Shown here: one piece after another, positions 37,601-52,600 of the stretch | Position numbering within the stretch: the first letter of the stretch is position 1 | Layout: each line of letters opens with the position of its first letter | Assembly: GCA_040954595.2 (NCBI GenBank) | Contig: CM082578.2 | Span: 6,123,519 to 6,187,518, forward strand | Length of the DNA: 64,000 bases | Source of the DNA: Balanoglossus misakiensis | Lineage: Eukaryota > Animalia > Hemichordata | Direction: 5' to 3' | The notes under the pieces: generated by a model | Seen by the model: the letters and a program-made list of their open reading frames with translations, nothing else | The model's database searches: none | Told to the model about the DNA's origin: nothing | Position numbers and translations under genes: made by a program

Positions 37601-40600
37601 GATGGTGAAAATAATCTGCAGTGTTATCCCGTGTTAGTTGTCTGAGTGACAGCTCATGAGCCCATGGCGATATCAGTTTAGCGACAAGTGAGCAGTCGGT
37701 TGAAAGGGGTCAGTGGGTAGCCATTGACTCATGCCTGTCACTGATAAGATAGATTTGTGTGTGCCTCATCTGTCGGCCATAAGGCTAGAGGTCAGAGTTC
37801 ATGCAGTCAAGTCTGGCTGCAGAAATGTGCACGTCTGAATGACAAAACCTAAGCATAGTCTGCAGTGCTGCCAGTCAGATAAAAATCAGATTTTTTTTCA
37901 TCCTAGCGCTCCGACATCAAGTGACACTCAGATTCATATCGTGCATCTGCCGCCGGAGGCTCGCAAGGAAGAAATAGTTCTGAGATGGCACCAAGATATC
38001 GCCATGGATGCGTTCAGGTTCCAGGGCTGCTGGGCCCTGGACAATGTATTGGTGTTGAACTTTGCAGAGGTGCCCAACCTGCTGGAGGATGACTTTGACC
38101 CTGTCACCCCTGCCAACTGGTTGTTTTTCCCCACTGCCGGCATTAAGGTAACTTTTTCCCCGGCCTCCGGTGATCCTTGTTGAAAAAAGGAAAGTTATAC
38201 TAGTGTACTTTCCAGTTGCTATGGGAATGAAGGACATGTTCATTTCAAATAAGAATAATGTTTCTTTCTCATCATTGTAAAGAAAATCAATCCTGCAACA
38301 GCTACATGTTGCAGTAGTCACAAATGTGTATTAATATTAAATGAAAATCATGCAAACTTTGAAATAGTTTATACTTGAGAATTATACTTAGCCTATTCAG
38401 GCATGAAATGGGTATCTTGGTGAAATATGCTGCTTTATGGTACTGGGATGAGCCAAGGGCTTACCCCAGTCTGACTTCAGAGGGCATTGTTTGGCCAAGA
38501 TCTTGGGGTCAGTCACAAAAATGCAAAATACGTCAATAATCAGGCTGGGTTGGATGATGGTAAGCAAAGAGACTAAAATTAATGAGTATTACTCAGAGAT
38601 TCTGTGTGAATAATGTATTGTTCCAAACGTTTTCCTTCCTGACCATATTAGAAAATTAAAGGTGATGCTATAAAATCATTAAGACCCAGCATATTTCCAT
38701 AATTTTTCTGTGTTTGTTCATTTGTATCATCATATTCATATATTCCTACAATATCATGATTTTTCTTCATTATTTACAGACAGTGGTGGTTAATCTCAAA
38801 GCATCCATGAAGGTCGTTCACAGACTCATTTCTCATAACATTTAATAATAATTCTTGGTTGGTAAAATCAGTCTCATGTCTTCAAGTCATTCACTATAAT
38901 AATAAATCAAGCATTGACGGGAAAAACGAGTTTGTGAACTTCATTGCTGTTATGAGATTGTTGTCAATACTGATGACGTTTTATCGTTTTTGCTGATATA
39001 GCAACTGCCTCCTTTTCAGAGTAAATGCTACTCCGATGGGAAGGCCCTGATATTTCATGGTAGCCATGACAATGAACTTGGATACCAGTTCGTGACCTCT
39101 CGAGACATCAATCTCTTTGAAGATGGTATCCAGGATGCTTTGCTGTCTGAAGATTTTGACAGGCACAGCCCACCGTTTGGGTAAAATTTCTTCATTTTTG
39201 TATTTTTTTATCAATAATGGTAAACATTTAAAAATATTTTTCTGTGTTTGTCAATAATGGTAAACACTTAAAATATTGTTAGCTCATCCAAAGATACAAT
39301 TTGAACTGATTTGGCAAGTTTTAGGTTTGTCCTAATTAAAGTAGTTGAAACTTTTTGTCAAATGTTTTGGAAAGTTCTAAGAAATTGAAATTTACTCCAG
39401 ACCTGTACAATCCTGGAAAAATTATTGTAAGCTCAAAATGCTAATGTTCGTGAAGAATTTAGACGTTAATTTTTGGTGCCATTTTGGTGTCTGCACAGTT
39501 GGGAAGTGTCCGGCAGTGAGGTGGGTGTTGTCTGTGGAGTCATTCATGACGGAGATTCGCTGGTGTTCAATGGAAAACACCAGAGAAAGATGTGCACCCC
39601 GTATCTCAATGCTGCAGATATTGGCAACGTCAGGTTCTACTTTGCAATGGGTTAGTAGAGATGTTTTGATCAGTTTTAGCTTTTAAGGATGTACGTTCAG
39701 TAAAATTGAAAGTATTGTCATTTCTTTTAATTGTGGATTTTTGGATTCTCCTTTGTATGCATAATGAAAATCAGTCACAACGCTTGTTTTTGAAATACAG
39801 AGCCATGAATTTAGTCGATAATAGAAGAAAACTGCTGATTCAGCATTTTTCATCAATGGTTTGTCCATGGGAAAAATATTTAACGAAATTTATCTCAAAA
39901 TGGAGTGCAGTGACCATACCATTTTATTTGACCAATGAATTTATTTTTACATGACTGAGCTATGAGTAAGATTTCGTGAAAATGACAATAGTAGAAGTAT
40001 GTTTTCTAGCAATTATCAATTGGTAATCCTATGGGAAAAAGACGAGTGTGCACAGTTTTCTGGTTTATGATAAATGAAACATTTTTTCACCATATAGCCA
40101 TTTAGGTATTTTTACCATAGAACACAGTGTATAGAATTGAAGAAAAGTGCTGACTCAGCAGATTTATTTTACCCCCCCCCATGCCCCTTGCCTGTTTCGA
40201 AAGTTGTTTTTTAGGTATAGAAATGTTCTGTGATCATAATTTTTGTCATAACAGGTAGTGGCGAGTGTGATCCAGGTGATTCCTTGGACGTGGAAGTTGC
40301 GCTGTACGCCCAACAGTCCGGATCAGAAAACTTAGAACTGTTGAGAACCATGGACTACCAGGCATATAGGGTAGGATAGTTGAATGTATTTATAATCACA
40401 TGTTTTGCCAACACAGCATATGTTTTCGTTGTGTTTTTCATGATAGAAGTACATCTAATCATGTTTGCATGTTAAAACTGTCATGATTTGATTTTCCCCA
40501 AAAGTTCTCAGAAGATGAGTACCAATATCTACATTTGGATTTGTGAGATACCTTACACAAACTTTAACAAAAAACTTTGAACAGATGATAAGGATCATAT

Positions 40601-43600
40601 AGAAATCATGGAAAATATTCCCAGTGTGGCACTCTGGCTGAAATAACAAGGAATGGTTATGTTTTTATTTTTCCATCTTCAGAAACCCAAACTGATATCT
40701 GTCATTGTCCCGAACGAGCTGCAAACTCCATCCACTAGATTTTGTCTGATACAAGACCATCACAAAGGTGAAAATAGACACGTCTGGGCAGTCGATGACT
40801 TCCAACTGTTGCCAAGGTTACCCAGAAATGTCAACAAGTACATGCAGTTCAGTTTGAATCTAGAGTGTGGGTCGTCCCATCCAGCCAACAAGTAAGGTTA
40901 ATTGCTACTTGGATATCAGTATATCTTCTGTGTTGTTTTTTTATAATTGAAACTCAATTATTTTTATCACCTTGATCTGAAAGAATTCTCTCATATGACA
41001 CACTGGTACCTGGCAGAAAATATATAAGATGCGCATTGGTCAATCAGTTGTGTCTGATTTGAATGAATGATAGGTTAACTGATATATTCACTGATTGAAA
41101 TATTAAGCTCCATGCTGCAATTGGCTGTTTAGAGAACCATCTAGGCCTTCGCCACACATTCTGTGCCTTCCAAACGTTGCATCATTAATTGTCATTGTCG
41201 TGATATGTTCATCACTGTCACGTTTTTCTGTTTCTCTCAGAATCAACGTTGAGATGTCCACTGACCATGGCATAAGCTGGGCATTGGTGCATGAAGCCTG
41301 TCTGCCAGGCAGTTGTGCTGGCTCTCATTGGGCAGAGAGTACCACATACATAGCTGATCGATTCAAAGGGTAGGCAAACTCAAATTAAAAGTCTTCTTTA
41401 ACCCTTTGCATCCTGCTGACCCACTTGTAGCTATATGGCATCATTCAGGAGTTTCCATACAAGTTGGGTTCTAAAGGGTTCTAAGGGTTTTACGAAAAGT
41501 GCAATGAAGTGATATTGCTGTACTTATATCTTTTCAATTATAAACAGAACACTTATGATACAGAGTCATGTAAGTTCTAACTTTTTGCACCATATATCCA
41601 AATTACACTTCTGTGATTGATGAAAATTTACAATGAAAAAAATCCATGTACACACACAATATCAGTCTAACGGGTTCCACCTGTCTCCATTGGATATTTG
41701 ATGAAATCTCAAAGAATTGAAAGTTGGTTGCCTCCATTGCTTTCATGTACTTTATAATACTGCCATTGACAAAATGTTAGAAATAAATAAAAGTTATCAT
41801 TTTTCTGTGAAAAATTTTCTTCAACTGATTTAGTATATGTACAGCTCTAGTATTTTGATGATTTACTAAACAGTGCAAATCAAGACTCATTTGTGTAGTT
41901 TTCATGCATCTTTTCAGGTGGGTCCGTATAATTGTTCCGTTACCATACGCAGCTCTGTCAACCTCAACACGATTTCGATGGACACAGCCTGATACTGGTG
42001 CTAAGACCAATTGGGGATTTGATAGCGGTAAGAAAATGAGTTCTTTTCGCAAATCACCTGGTGTCTGTGATTTTGTCATTGTGTGACTGGCTGGATGAAT
42101 GTTGTCAACAGGTATAAGGTCACTTGTGTACTGCATGCTATAGATTCAAAGAGTTGTTTTTCCTGAGTGCCTATTTCAAACCAAGTTTGAAAGTGAGAAA
42201 AAATCCAAAAAACGCATAAAAACAATTTCTTCTTATATCAGATCAGTGAAGGCTGAACATGATACGTAATTGTAGAATATTTGCACCTTGTAGAACAAGC
42301 TTTACGTTGGAAATAAATTTAAAATTAATTATCGTACTGATTTTTACTTGCAGTGCACATTGGTGATGGCTGCGGTAATGAGATGTGCTCGGGACATGGT
42401 TATTGTACATCTGTAGGTTGCAGGTATGTTGTTATTACTGAGATTAATGCAAATTTTCCCAGCCACGAAGAAGGAATTGGCAGTGATAGTCACTGAGATT
42501 TTGGAGAACTTAATGCATATTATGAAAATCTCTCACTTTCATTTAATTCTTCACATTTTCTGACGTTGAAACTTCTCACTTTTCTCACAGTTGTGACGCC
42601 GGCTATTCAGGATCATTCTGCAACATCGTCGATCATGCCATTCCGACCAGCCTCAGGGAACACTTTGAAAGCAGCAACTTGACCCAGCTAACGCCCCACT
42701 TTTCAGAAGTGCACGGTGGCAGTGTGGGATTCGCGTGCGGTGTCCTGTCGAAGGGCAAATCGCTCGTCTTCAACGAAGGCGGCACAAGAGTTCTGACCAC
42801 GACTGAATTGGATACGACTACCAGTAGGTGTGTGGCTTTTATTGGCTGTCTTGTTGCACATGGTGTCAAACATGTTATCCCCAACACGAATGGACTTTGT
42901 TGGACTACACCAAAATTACCCAGTTACACGTATGTGTTTCATGAGCTTATACCGGGTACACTCACAGTCCAGTGCTAAAGATCAATAATAATAATAATGT
43001 TTTATTTACTGTCATATATACACGCTATTGCACATACAATGAAATGTAGAGCAATCCTATGTACATTTTTAACCCCCCAAAATATTGATTTAGAAATAGG
43101 ATAATTTCCTCATGGATGAAATGAAAGAGGCACTTTCAGTTACGAAACTTGACGCAGAGACTAGAAGATTCATTATGTTCAACAGACATATACAGTGGGG
43201 TAAAATTGAATATTAATGCCAGTGCAGAACATTTGAAAAAAGCAGCCTGAGTCGTAAATGATGAGATGGCAATAACAGAAGTGGACATGTTATATGTCAT
43301 TTTATGTACAGATACCTTCAGTTCACCATTCGACTGGGCAGTCACTCCACACTGGGGACGTGCCCACCATCAGATCAGGTCACAGAAAATGTTCTAGTAC
43401 ACTACAGTTGCAATGGGGGTATAGTGTGGACACTTCTGAAAACGTTGAACCATGAAGACTACAGAATACCAAGGTGAGTCCATGGAATATGGTAATGTTC
43501 ACAGCTCTTGTGAATTTGCGAAACTCTTCTTAACTGCAGTGCACGGGTTTAACAGATATGTCACTGAAATTCAGACTTGATTAGCTGATTCAGATACATA

Positions 43601-46600
43601 CTGTAGATACTATTTTAGTGAAAGATAGAGAGAGAGGAGTTTGTGTGCATGCACTTATTGCATTGTGTGTATGCATATTTATGAAAAGAGTTAACTTTGT
43701 CATATTTATCACTCTTAATAATGAACTAAAATAATTTGTTGAATCAGATATTATCTGTACCAAAAAAAACATGATTGCCTGAGTTAATACCTTACAATGT
43801 TTGTTCCTTTCAACAGAGTTGTAACAATATGGCTGCCAGTGACTGCTCACAAAGCCAGCTGTCAGTTCAGGTGGTGGCAACCCACAAACTCTGGCCAAGA
43901 TAAAGACGTCTGGGCTATAGATGACATCACTATAGCAACAGTTCTCCACAACACCATTTCTAGTGATTTCAGTGACCGAGAAGTCGTCCAGGAAGCTTTC
44001 AGTTTTCACAGGGGCAGAGTGGAGGATTTCTGTGGAGCCCGACAGGCATTTAGGTAATTTTAGAATCACAATCTACAATTTATATCTTTCCTTTTAATTC
44101 TAACTATGGTTTCTTTCATGTTATTACTACACACAGCTGACTGACTATGCTACTTTGTTTGTCTCAAAATGAACAGTCAAAATATCAGTCAACATTTTAA
44201 CTTGATCGTTATACCAATTCTTAATGAAGAGTATCAGTAACAATGAAATAGATCATTTACAAAAATGAAAATGTCACCTGTAGCACCAAGGTTGTACAGT
44301 TTAATTGTGGATAATCAATATCTGAATGAGAATTTTGATGGAAAAATGCATCTTCAAAATCAATGAAACTTGCATACCTTTCCTTGTCCTATCCTTAAAA
44401 ATGTGAAGAAGTTTTGTACCAATGCTACCATATGATATGGGAGAGCTCCAAAATGCACTGATATAGTCTATCGCTCTAGTTAATTCTTATTTGCTTCACA
44501 AATTCCTGTAACAGTATGATTTGTGAGGTAGAGGGTCAAGGGGGAATGAGGGAGGGGAGAATAAGAAAGAGAAAAAAGGAGGATGGACTACTTTTGTGAT
44601 AACTTTTGCTGTCCAAACCTACATGTAAACTCAGGCAGATACACACAGCTATTAAGTGCGTCCCATATATTTATGTGTACCCATCACTCTCTGCAGTTTC
44701 ACAGGCACAGCAGAAGCAGGCAGTGTCCGCTTCATAGAAACCCAGTCATTGCTGCTGGGTCCATCCTCTATGGTGCAGTTTGATCTGGTCATGGGATGTG
44801 GTCGTTCCTTCCAGAGTCTGGGCATTGGTAGGTCACGTTTTACATCCAATTTCATCACTTGCTTCAAAGTTCTTATATTTTTGAATCGCAGAACAGAAAT
44901 AAAAAAAATATCCAGTTTGAATATCTCAGTTGCATTTTGTTTTGAATAAATGGCTTTAATGGCTGCTTTCTCTCCTGCAGATAACAGAGTCTACTTTGAA
45001 TACTCAACTACTCACGGGTTGACATGGAAACCAGTGGTGACCAGCTGTCTGCCCCCAGAGACTGGTTGTGACGAATATCGAACAAGCAGTGTCTATCACA
45101 GTTCTGATCACACAGTATGGACAAGGATTACTGTGCCACTCAAAGCAAAATTCAGGTAAAAATAAACAGAGCCATCTTTCAACAATGTTGAACATCTAGA
45201 AGTAGTGTAGACTTATGTGAGATAAAATTAGTCTTTTGCAAAAGACAGACCCTATGTATCTGATTTGAAGCTTTTATGCTGGTAAATCTGTAAATCTGAC
45301 CAACTTGATTTGCATCATGCAACGGACGGACTCATTTTAACCCTTTGCACCTTGAACCCTTGGTGACCTATGATGTCATTCGGAAGTTTACTCCTAAACC
45401 AGGTTTAATGGGTTCAGCAAAAGTACAAATGATTATGTTTGGTAAAAGTCAAACATCAAACTTATCTTTTCATAACTTTCTCAGAACACATATTCTGCAC
45501 AAGCTTGTCAATACATGTATGTATTTTAGTCCTGACCACTTTAACTGCACGGTGTTGTATTTGTTTTGTTTTAGTCTCGGACCTGTACGTTTCCGGTGGC
45601 AACAGTCCATGTTCTCCAGCAATGACAGTTGGGCCATCGACAATGTCTACATCGGGCAACAGTGTCTGGAGTTTTGCAACGGACACGGAAGATGTGTCGA
45701 TGGCAGTTGCAGGTGAAGTTCATGAAATCAGTGTTCCTCTCTTTCCTTCAAAGTTGTCAGATTATAAGGCAAAAATATCTGCAGTGAAATCACACACATT
45801 TTGCAATTTAAGTCAATCTAATCAAAAGAGTGGGAATCTCACCATGTCTAGATGATTTTGGTTTATTGCTAGAAATTTGCAATGTGGTTTTTACAGCAAG
45901 ATTACGATAGTATATTTCTTTTCTCTTACTAAATATGTTCTAAAGAGTTCTGTGGCATTCTATAGATTTTAATGCAAGGGTCCAAAACTACATAGAAATC
46001 GATAGATGTCCATAGAAATTCTATAGGCTATAGAAAAAATTGTCTTTTAATTACTCTTGTAGTGATTGAAATAAGTCTTTCCCTAATCCCACAAAGAATT
46101 GTCATTCTTCTTTGTTTTCACGCATTTAACTCTGACACACTCTCTGATATTTTTCTCATGGCCTCTTATCAGATGTGATGCTGGGTACAGTGGTGACACT
46201 TGCACACTGGATTATCCCCTCTCTCCCAATGTGCGAACGGACTTTGAAGACTCGGTCTCGCTGAGGTCAAATGGGTTGTCCGTCCATGGAGGTAGTGTCA
46301 TCAGAGGCAACTGGGGTTGTGGTGTAATCACTTCTGGCAAGTCCCTCTACTTTGGTGGAGTGAGTATATTTAAAACCTCTAAGTCTGAATTACCAAACAT
46401 ATCAAAATACCAATTAATAACTTTTACTGACCAATTGGAGAAGATGCAACAGTATTAGACTTTGAGAGCAAAACAATTGTAATTTTAAAATTCCTGCACT
46501 ATAATGTGTGGACTTCAGCAGATGATGTGAGAATTAGTGTCCAAAGAGTTTCCTAAAATAAGCTGCGATCTCCTGTAGGAATTTTATGGTACTATGATGT

Positions 46601-49600
46601 ATACACAGTACATTGCAGGCAAAATTATCAGATAAAGAAATTGCCTCTCTTTTTCTCAAATCAAGTTGATGTCATTTTCCACCCAACTACAGTATTAAGT
46701 AACTGCATGATTATAACTTCCATCTTTTTTGTCAGTCCGGAGTGAGAAAAGTGACCACTTCAGACGTGAACACTCAGCTGGCCAGCTTCGTCCAGTTCTA
46801 CATCCGCATCGGTGGCGGCGAGGAAGATTGCACCGACTCTTTCAACAGAGAGGAGAGCGTCTTGCTTCAGTACTCCAATAATGGGGGAGTGTTTTGGAAT
46901 GTGCTGATGGAGTTGTACTACAAGGACTACAGGACACCCAGGTAGGGGGGAGGGGGTGTGGTTTGTAGCACTTGGTCAGACTGGGCCTCATGCCATAAAG
47001 ACTTCTTACATCATTTTGATGAAGTATTCATCTGCTCATGTTTTTTTGAAGTCTGATGATATCTAACATAGACTGTCTTTGCATTCATGACTGACGGTTG
47101 TTTGTTGGTTGTTGCCATGGTGATAGATACTAACTTTTTTTGTCTCCAGATTTGTGTATGCGGAATTACCCTCCGAAGCGCGGACCCCATCAACGAGATT
47201 CCGTTGGTGGCAGCCTTCACACGCAGGCACAGGATACAACCAATGGGCGCTGGATGACATCTACATCGGAAGTGACAACAGCTTGGACACCTTGCAAGCT
47301 GATTTTCAGGTAAATGCAGGACTTCTAAAAAAAGATGGTGGAATTTTTCTCGCGAGATGTTTAAAATGCACCATGTACCGGTATAGTGGAACCCCAAATC
47401 ATAATTTTGACGATCAATCAATCAAAAAAATTATATGGCGCCAAAATCCAGATGTACTGTTCAGTGGCGCCTGATGGTTGTTCACACACTGTAGGCTTTT
47501 TTTAAACAAGTAAGTCTTCAGTTTCCCCTTAAAAGATTCTAGACTGGGAGCTAGTCGAATGTCAGGCAGTGAGTTCCAGAGCTTCGGAGCAGCATAAGAA
47601 AATGCACGGCTTCCATAGTTGACTTGTTGGTAATGTGTTATTGACAAGAAGATTTCACACCAAAATTTCTGTATAAATTTCATCTTGCATCATTCTGTCA
47701 TTTGTAGAACACAGACCTGTCCTCAGTGACCTCCGACATTTGGATATCAATCTCCAATGGCCATGTCGGACAGCTGTGTCACTCTGATGGCACAGCCCTT
47801 GTGTTCAGTAGTAACAGCGGCAAAAGATTCGCCGTCACAGAGTACATGAATCTACAGCTTGGAGACATCATACAGTTCAAGGTAAAAATCATAATCGCAG
47901 TAGTCAAACAGAACCGTTGGAACATAATACAACTGATGGGATTTGTTTAACGTGTGTCCAGTATCGATGCCCAGTGAGGATATTTCTTCTATACAAAGAG
48001 AGACTTTCTGTACACAGTAATAAAATTTGAAAAGTTGAAAAATGGATTTTCTCTTGCAGACATGAATATATTTTGGCGACATACATTGTTTATAATGTGC
48101 ATATTTGTTGTGCTCTGTAAAAAACTCTGTAGCATCAAAGACATCTATGTATAAGCATAGACCTCTTAATGACAGGTATTTTACAAGACAGGCCTGTTAC
48201 TATATGGAGAAAGGAGAATGGCTAGACAACACTAATGTTGTAAATTCTTTTCACACCACCAACTATTCATTCAATACAGATATAAAGCTTCGAAAAAATT
48301 TAATTCCTTTGATCGCATTTTTAAACTTCTTTAATACTTTTTCGTAAAGTATGCATTTTACATATACCTGTTAACACATTGCTCACTTTTTTTCTAACTG
48401 ATAAACCTCACGACTTCTTATCTGCCACATATTGTAACATGACTAAAATCTCTCGTCTTTCAGATTGTGATTGGCTGCGGGTTGGAATTCGAGAGAAACG
48501 CTCCGGTGCTGTTGCAGTATTCCGTTGATGCCGGAATGACTTGGGATCTGGTGGTGAAGCCGTGCCATCCTTTCATCAAACGGAAAGGATTTTGTGAGGA
48601 ACTGACGTCGGATTATCAGGATGGAAGCGTCTATCACATGGGAGCGTACAAAGAGTGGAGGCTGGTTGTGATTCCTGTGGAGAAGAAACTGACCAGCAGG
48701 TGAGGATAAAAACAAATGGATAAACAGAGGTATTCTACAGAGGGCTTGCTGTACCAGCTCTGGTGGATTTATCAGTTGGTATCTGTCCTGTTGCTAAGTC
48801 AAGACTACAAGAGTAATTGATTGTTTATGTCTGTACATATATCTAAAGGAGATCATTAATACACACACAATTATAATTTGCCATCCAGTATTTTAGAAAT
48901 CCTACAGCCAATTATGCAGAGACAAATAGAGAATCGAAATAATATTGGCAATTTTGGGAAAGTCATATTTGATTTGAATATTTTTAATGTTTTAAGGTAT
49001 AAATTAAGGTGCATAATAAGAATTCACTATTTTTTAATGATGTGTAAAAGATCACCATGGGGTCAGGGTGCAAACGATGATTAGACAAGAGGTAGAAAAA
49101 TTCAGATATCCCGATTTGTAGATTTTCATGTTTTTCTTTCTTTCAGAAAAATTCAGTTCCGTTGGTGGCAAGCAGCTGACGATGATACACCAGACTTTGC
49201 TTTGGATGATGTCTACATTGGACCTGCCTGTCCTGATATGTGTAACGCCCATGGTATCTGTTACCATGGTGAATGTGTTTGTGAACAAGGTTACCATGGT
49301 GAGAAATGGTATTATCTTCAGTGCAAGGATTATTTTTGTGGTGCAATTTTTAAGGAATACAGTGAACCTGATTAACATATGCTCATATATCGTTAAAAAG
49401 CCTGAATGTGTTAGTCTTCCACATGACCACCCTGTGAAAGTCTGTAATTGGCTAGGTCTCAACTTTCCGTGGTTACTGTGGATACATTATGCATAGGGGA
49501 CCATAGAAACATAACCAGGTCCAATTATTCCATTGAGAAAAGTGGATCAAAACCCAGTGGTGACAGCGTTCAACTATGCTCACCATTGGAACTGAACCTC

Positions 49601-52600
49601 AGATCCGCTACATTTTTAGAAGAACAAAAAAATTGTATGCCTACCCTGTCCATAGTTTATTGAAACATTTCAACCACCAGCCAGGCTAAATGTCACTATA
49701 ATGTACTGTACAATAAAAACCTGAGGAATCATTTTTATATCCAATTTTCAGGACCTAGTTGTGTATCCACCACTCCACTGCTAACCAGCATCAGTGACAG
49801 ATTTGATGACAAGACCCTGAGTTCAATGTGGGACAGAGTCATTGGTGGTGAGGTGGGCTCAGGCTGTGGTATTCTGGCGAGGGGACAGTCTCTCTACTTT
49901 AGTTCGGTTGGACCCAGAGAGGGCAGAACAGCAGCTCTCAACACCACAACAACCAAGTAAGGTTTTTTGTTATAAATATCTCATCATATAAGGAGATAAA
50001 TTTTGTTTGACATTTTATGCTTGAAGACATCATTGTGTATGTGTACTGTGAGCCCTAAACCATTTATTCTAAAGACTTCTACAGTAGTATGGACCTCATC
50101 CGTTTTGTGGAAGAAGTCAAAGGATGTCAGGAAATAGATGTGCTGAGTCGTCTTCTTCTCATTAATAAAAAGTGTTTTCTAACAATTGGCAAAATCCAGC
50201 CTAGTCTGTCCATTTATATACCCACTGTTTCAACATAAAGTAAATGTCAAGTATTTGACATTTTATGACAGAAAACATTCTGTTTAATTTTATGGAATAT
50301 TATTTTACTGAAACTATATATTTTCATTGACACCTTATCAACACAGTCACTAATTAAATCTTTTTCTGCTGTCCCTGAAGTTAGAGTGTCGTGACCAATT
50401 GCTAGTTCTGGATGAAGCAATGTAATGTCTCTGTATGTTATAAGGCCCCATACAACAAAGACTCGAGATCTTCATAATGTGTCCTCTAAGAGATGACTCT
50501 CATTAACCATGTTTCCATTTCCAGAATGTTGCAGTTCTACGTCCGCATTGGTGGTTCAAACATGGGTCTCACCTGTCAACTGCCAATCAGCAGACAGGAG
50601 GATATCATCGTTCAGTATTCGCCCAATCACGGCATCACCTGGCATTCCCTACACCAGCTGGACGCCAAGTCCTTCAACTTGGCCCCAGAGTTAGTGACGA
50701 TATCATTGCCCACAGAAGCCAAGACTGAATCCACCTGTTTCCGGTGGATACAACCATATCTGAAGAAAGGTAACGACATTTTAGCTGTGGGTCGGCCATC
50801 CAGTCTTCAGATTGTCAAAAAAATTATTTGTGTTCAGTTAAATCCACAGATTGTCTGAATTTGTTGTTTTTTATAAGCATAATATATAAGCCAATCACAC
50901 TATACATGAATAGGAATATATTGACCCAGTGCTTGCCTTAGACATTGAATTTGCTACATTAGAAAATTGGCCCACCTCAGAGTTCTAAGTTAATTCGATG
51001 ATGTATGAATCAACAGTAGTCTACATACCCAGATAGTTATGGAGCCAGTCAGTTACACTGATTACTGCACATGCCAATTTGACGATTTTTTTGTTTTTCA
51101 TGTAACACTAACAGGTATATCACGAGCACAGTGGGCTCTAGACAATGTGCTGATTGGCGCCAATGACACCTGCTCCAGTGGCTTTGAAGATGACTTCTAC
51201 CCAGGCGAATCGAACATGTGGTACATGATACACGGTGGACAACCCCTGCGATCATGTCAGTCGAATAACTATGCGCTGTACTTCAACAGTGATGAAGGTT
51301 GGTTGCACAGTACTTATTTCACTAATTCTAGTCACTGAACTCTCTCAATTGACCGATCAACTCAATTGATCTCTACATTAATTCACACACAGGAACATCC
51401 AGATATGCTGAGACCTGGGACTTTCATGTCACACCATCCACATTCATGCAGTTTGAATTGATCATGGGATGTGGAGTGACGTACTCTGATGAGTCCAGCG
51501 TGCATCTTGAATACTCCTTAGACATGGGCAAGACCTGGCAATTTGTTCTTGAGGAGTGCGCCCCACCGAATATTGGTTGCGACACCTTCCACCAGAGCAG
51601 TGTCTACATCTCAGAGTTGTACGCTAATAAGACAAGGATCACAGTATATCTGCCATCATACACAAAGTTAGTGTTTATTTGATAATTTTCATGCGCTAGG
51701 TTTCTATAATAAAACCATATGCTGAGCAATAATGCTGTAATTATGATTATCAATGAATCAAAGTGCACTTTTCGGATTCTTGCTCATAATTCATGGCTTC
51801 AGGTATAGTCTTTTGACTGACTGATTGGGAAAGACACATTTGACTTTTCGCAGCTCGCCAGCCACCAGATTCCGTTGGATCCAACCCTCCTTCACCAGCC
51901 GCCGAGACACTTGGGCCTTGGACTATGTGTACATTGGAGATGAGTGCCCCTGGATGTGTTCAGGTCATGGCACGTGCCACCTCAGCACCTGTCGGTGAGT
52001 GCATACAGCTTTCCCATAGAAATTTTGGAACATATATTACTTTCTTTGGGGATGATAAGGCATTAAGCTCAAGGAATACACTGACAGTGCAATAATAATC
52101 GTCGACAAAATTCAAGGTTTTGTATCGTCCTAATTTTCAGGTGTGACAGCGGTTACTTCAGTTATTACTGCGTTCCCAAGTACCCGTTGCCTCAGCTGCT
52201 GAAAGATAACTTTGATGATCCTGCACATCTGGGTGATTGGCCCAGCCATTATGGGGCTAACATTGACAGCTCCTGTGGCACGCTGGTCTCTGGAAAGGCT
52301 ATCGTCTTTTCTGAGGTAATTAGAAAACTTTGAAAGTTTCATTGATTCACCTACTAGTTTCTCATTTCTGGTGTCCATATTTGTCAATTTTGTTATGGTA
52401 AAAAGTCATGAATTATGAGTTATGGGTTTAGATCTTGAATTACTCACGATAGATGAAATTAATATTCTCACTAGTTTTTGTTAGGTCCCATTTGGTATAT
52501 GTATATACAATGTATACCATTGGAACCTTATGGGATCGGTATGTATTTATATATTTTTTCTCCCTTTGTGTTCTAGGCTGGCCTCAGGATGTTAGTGTCG

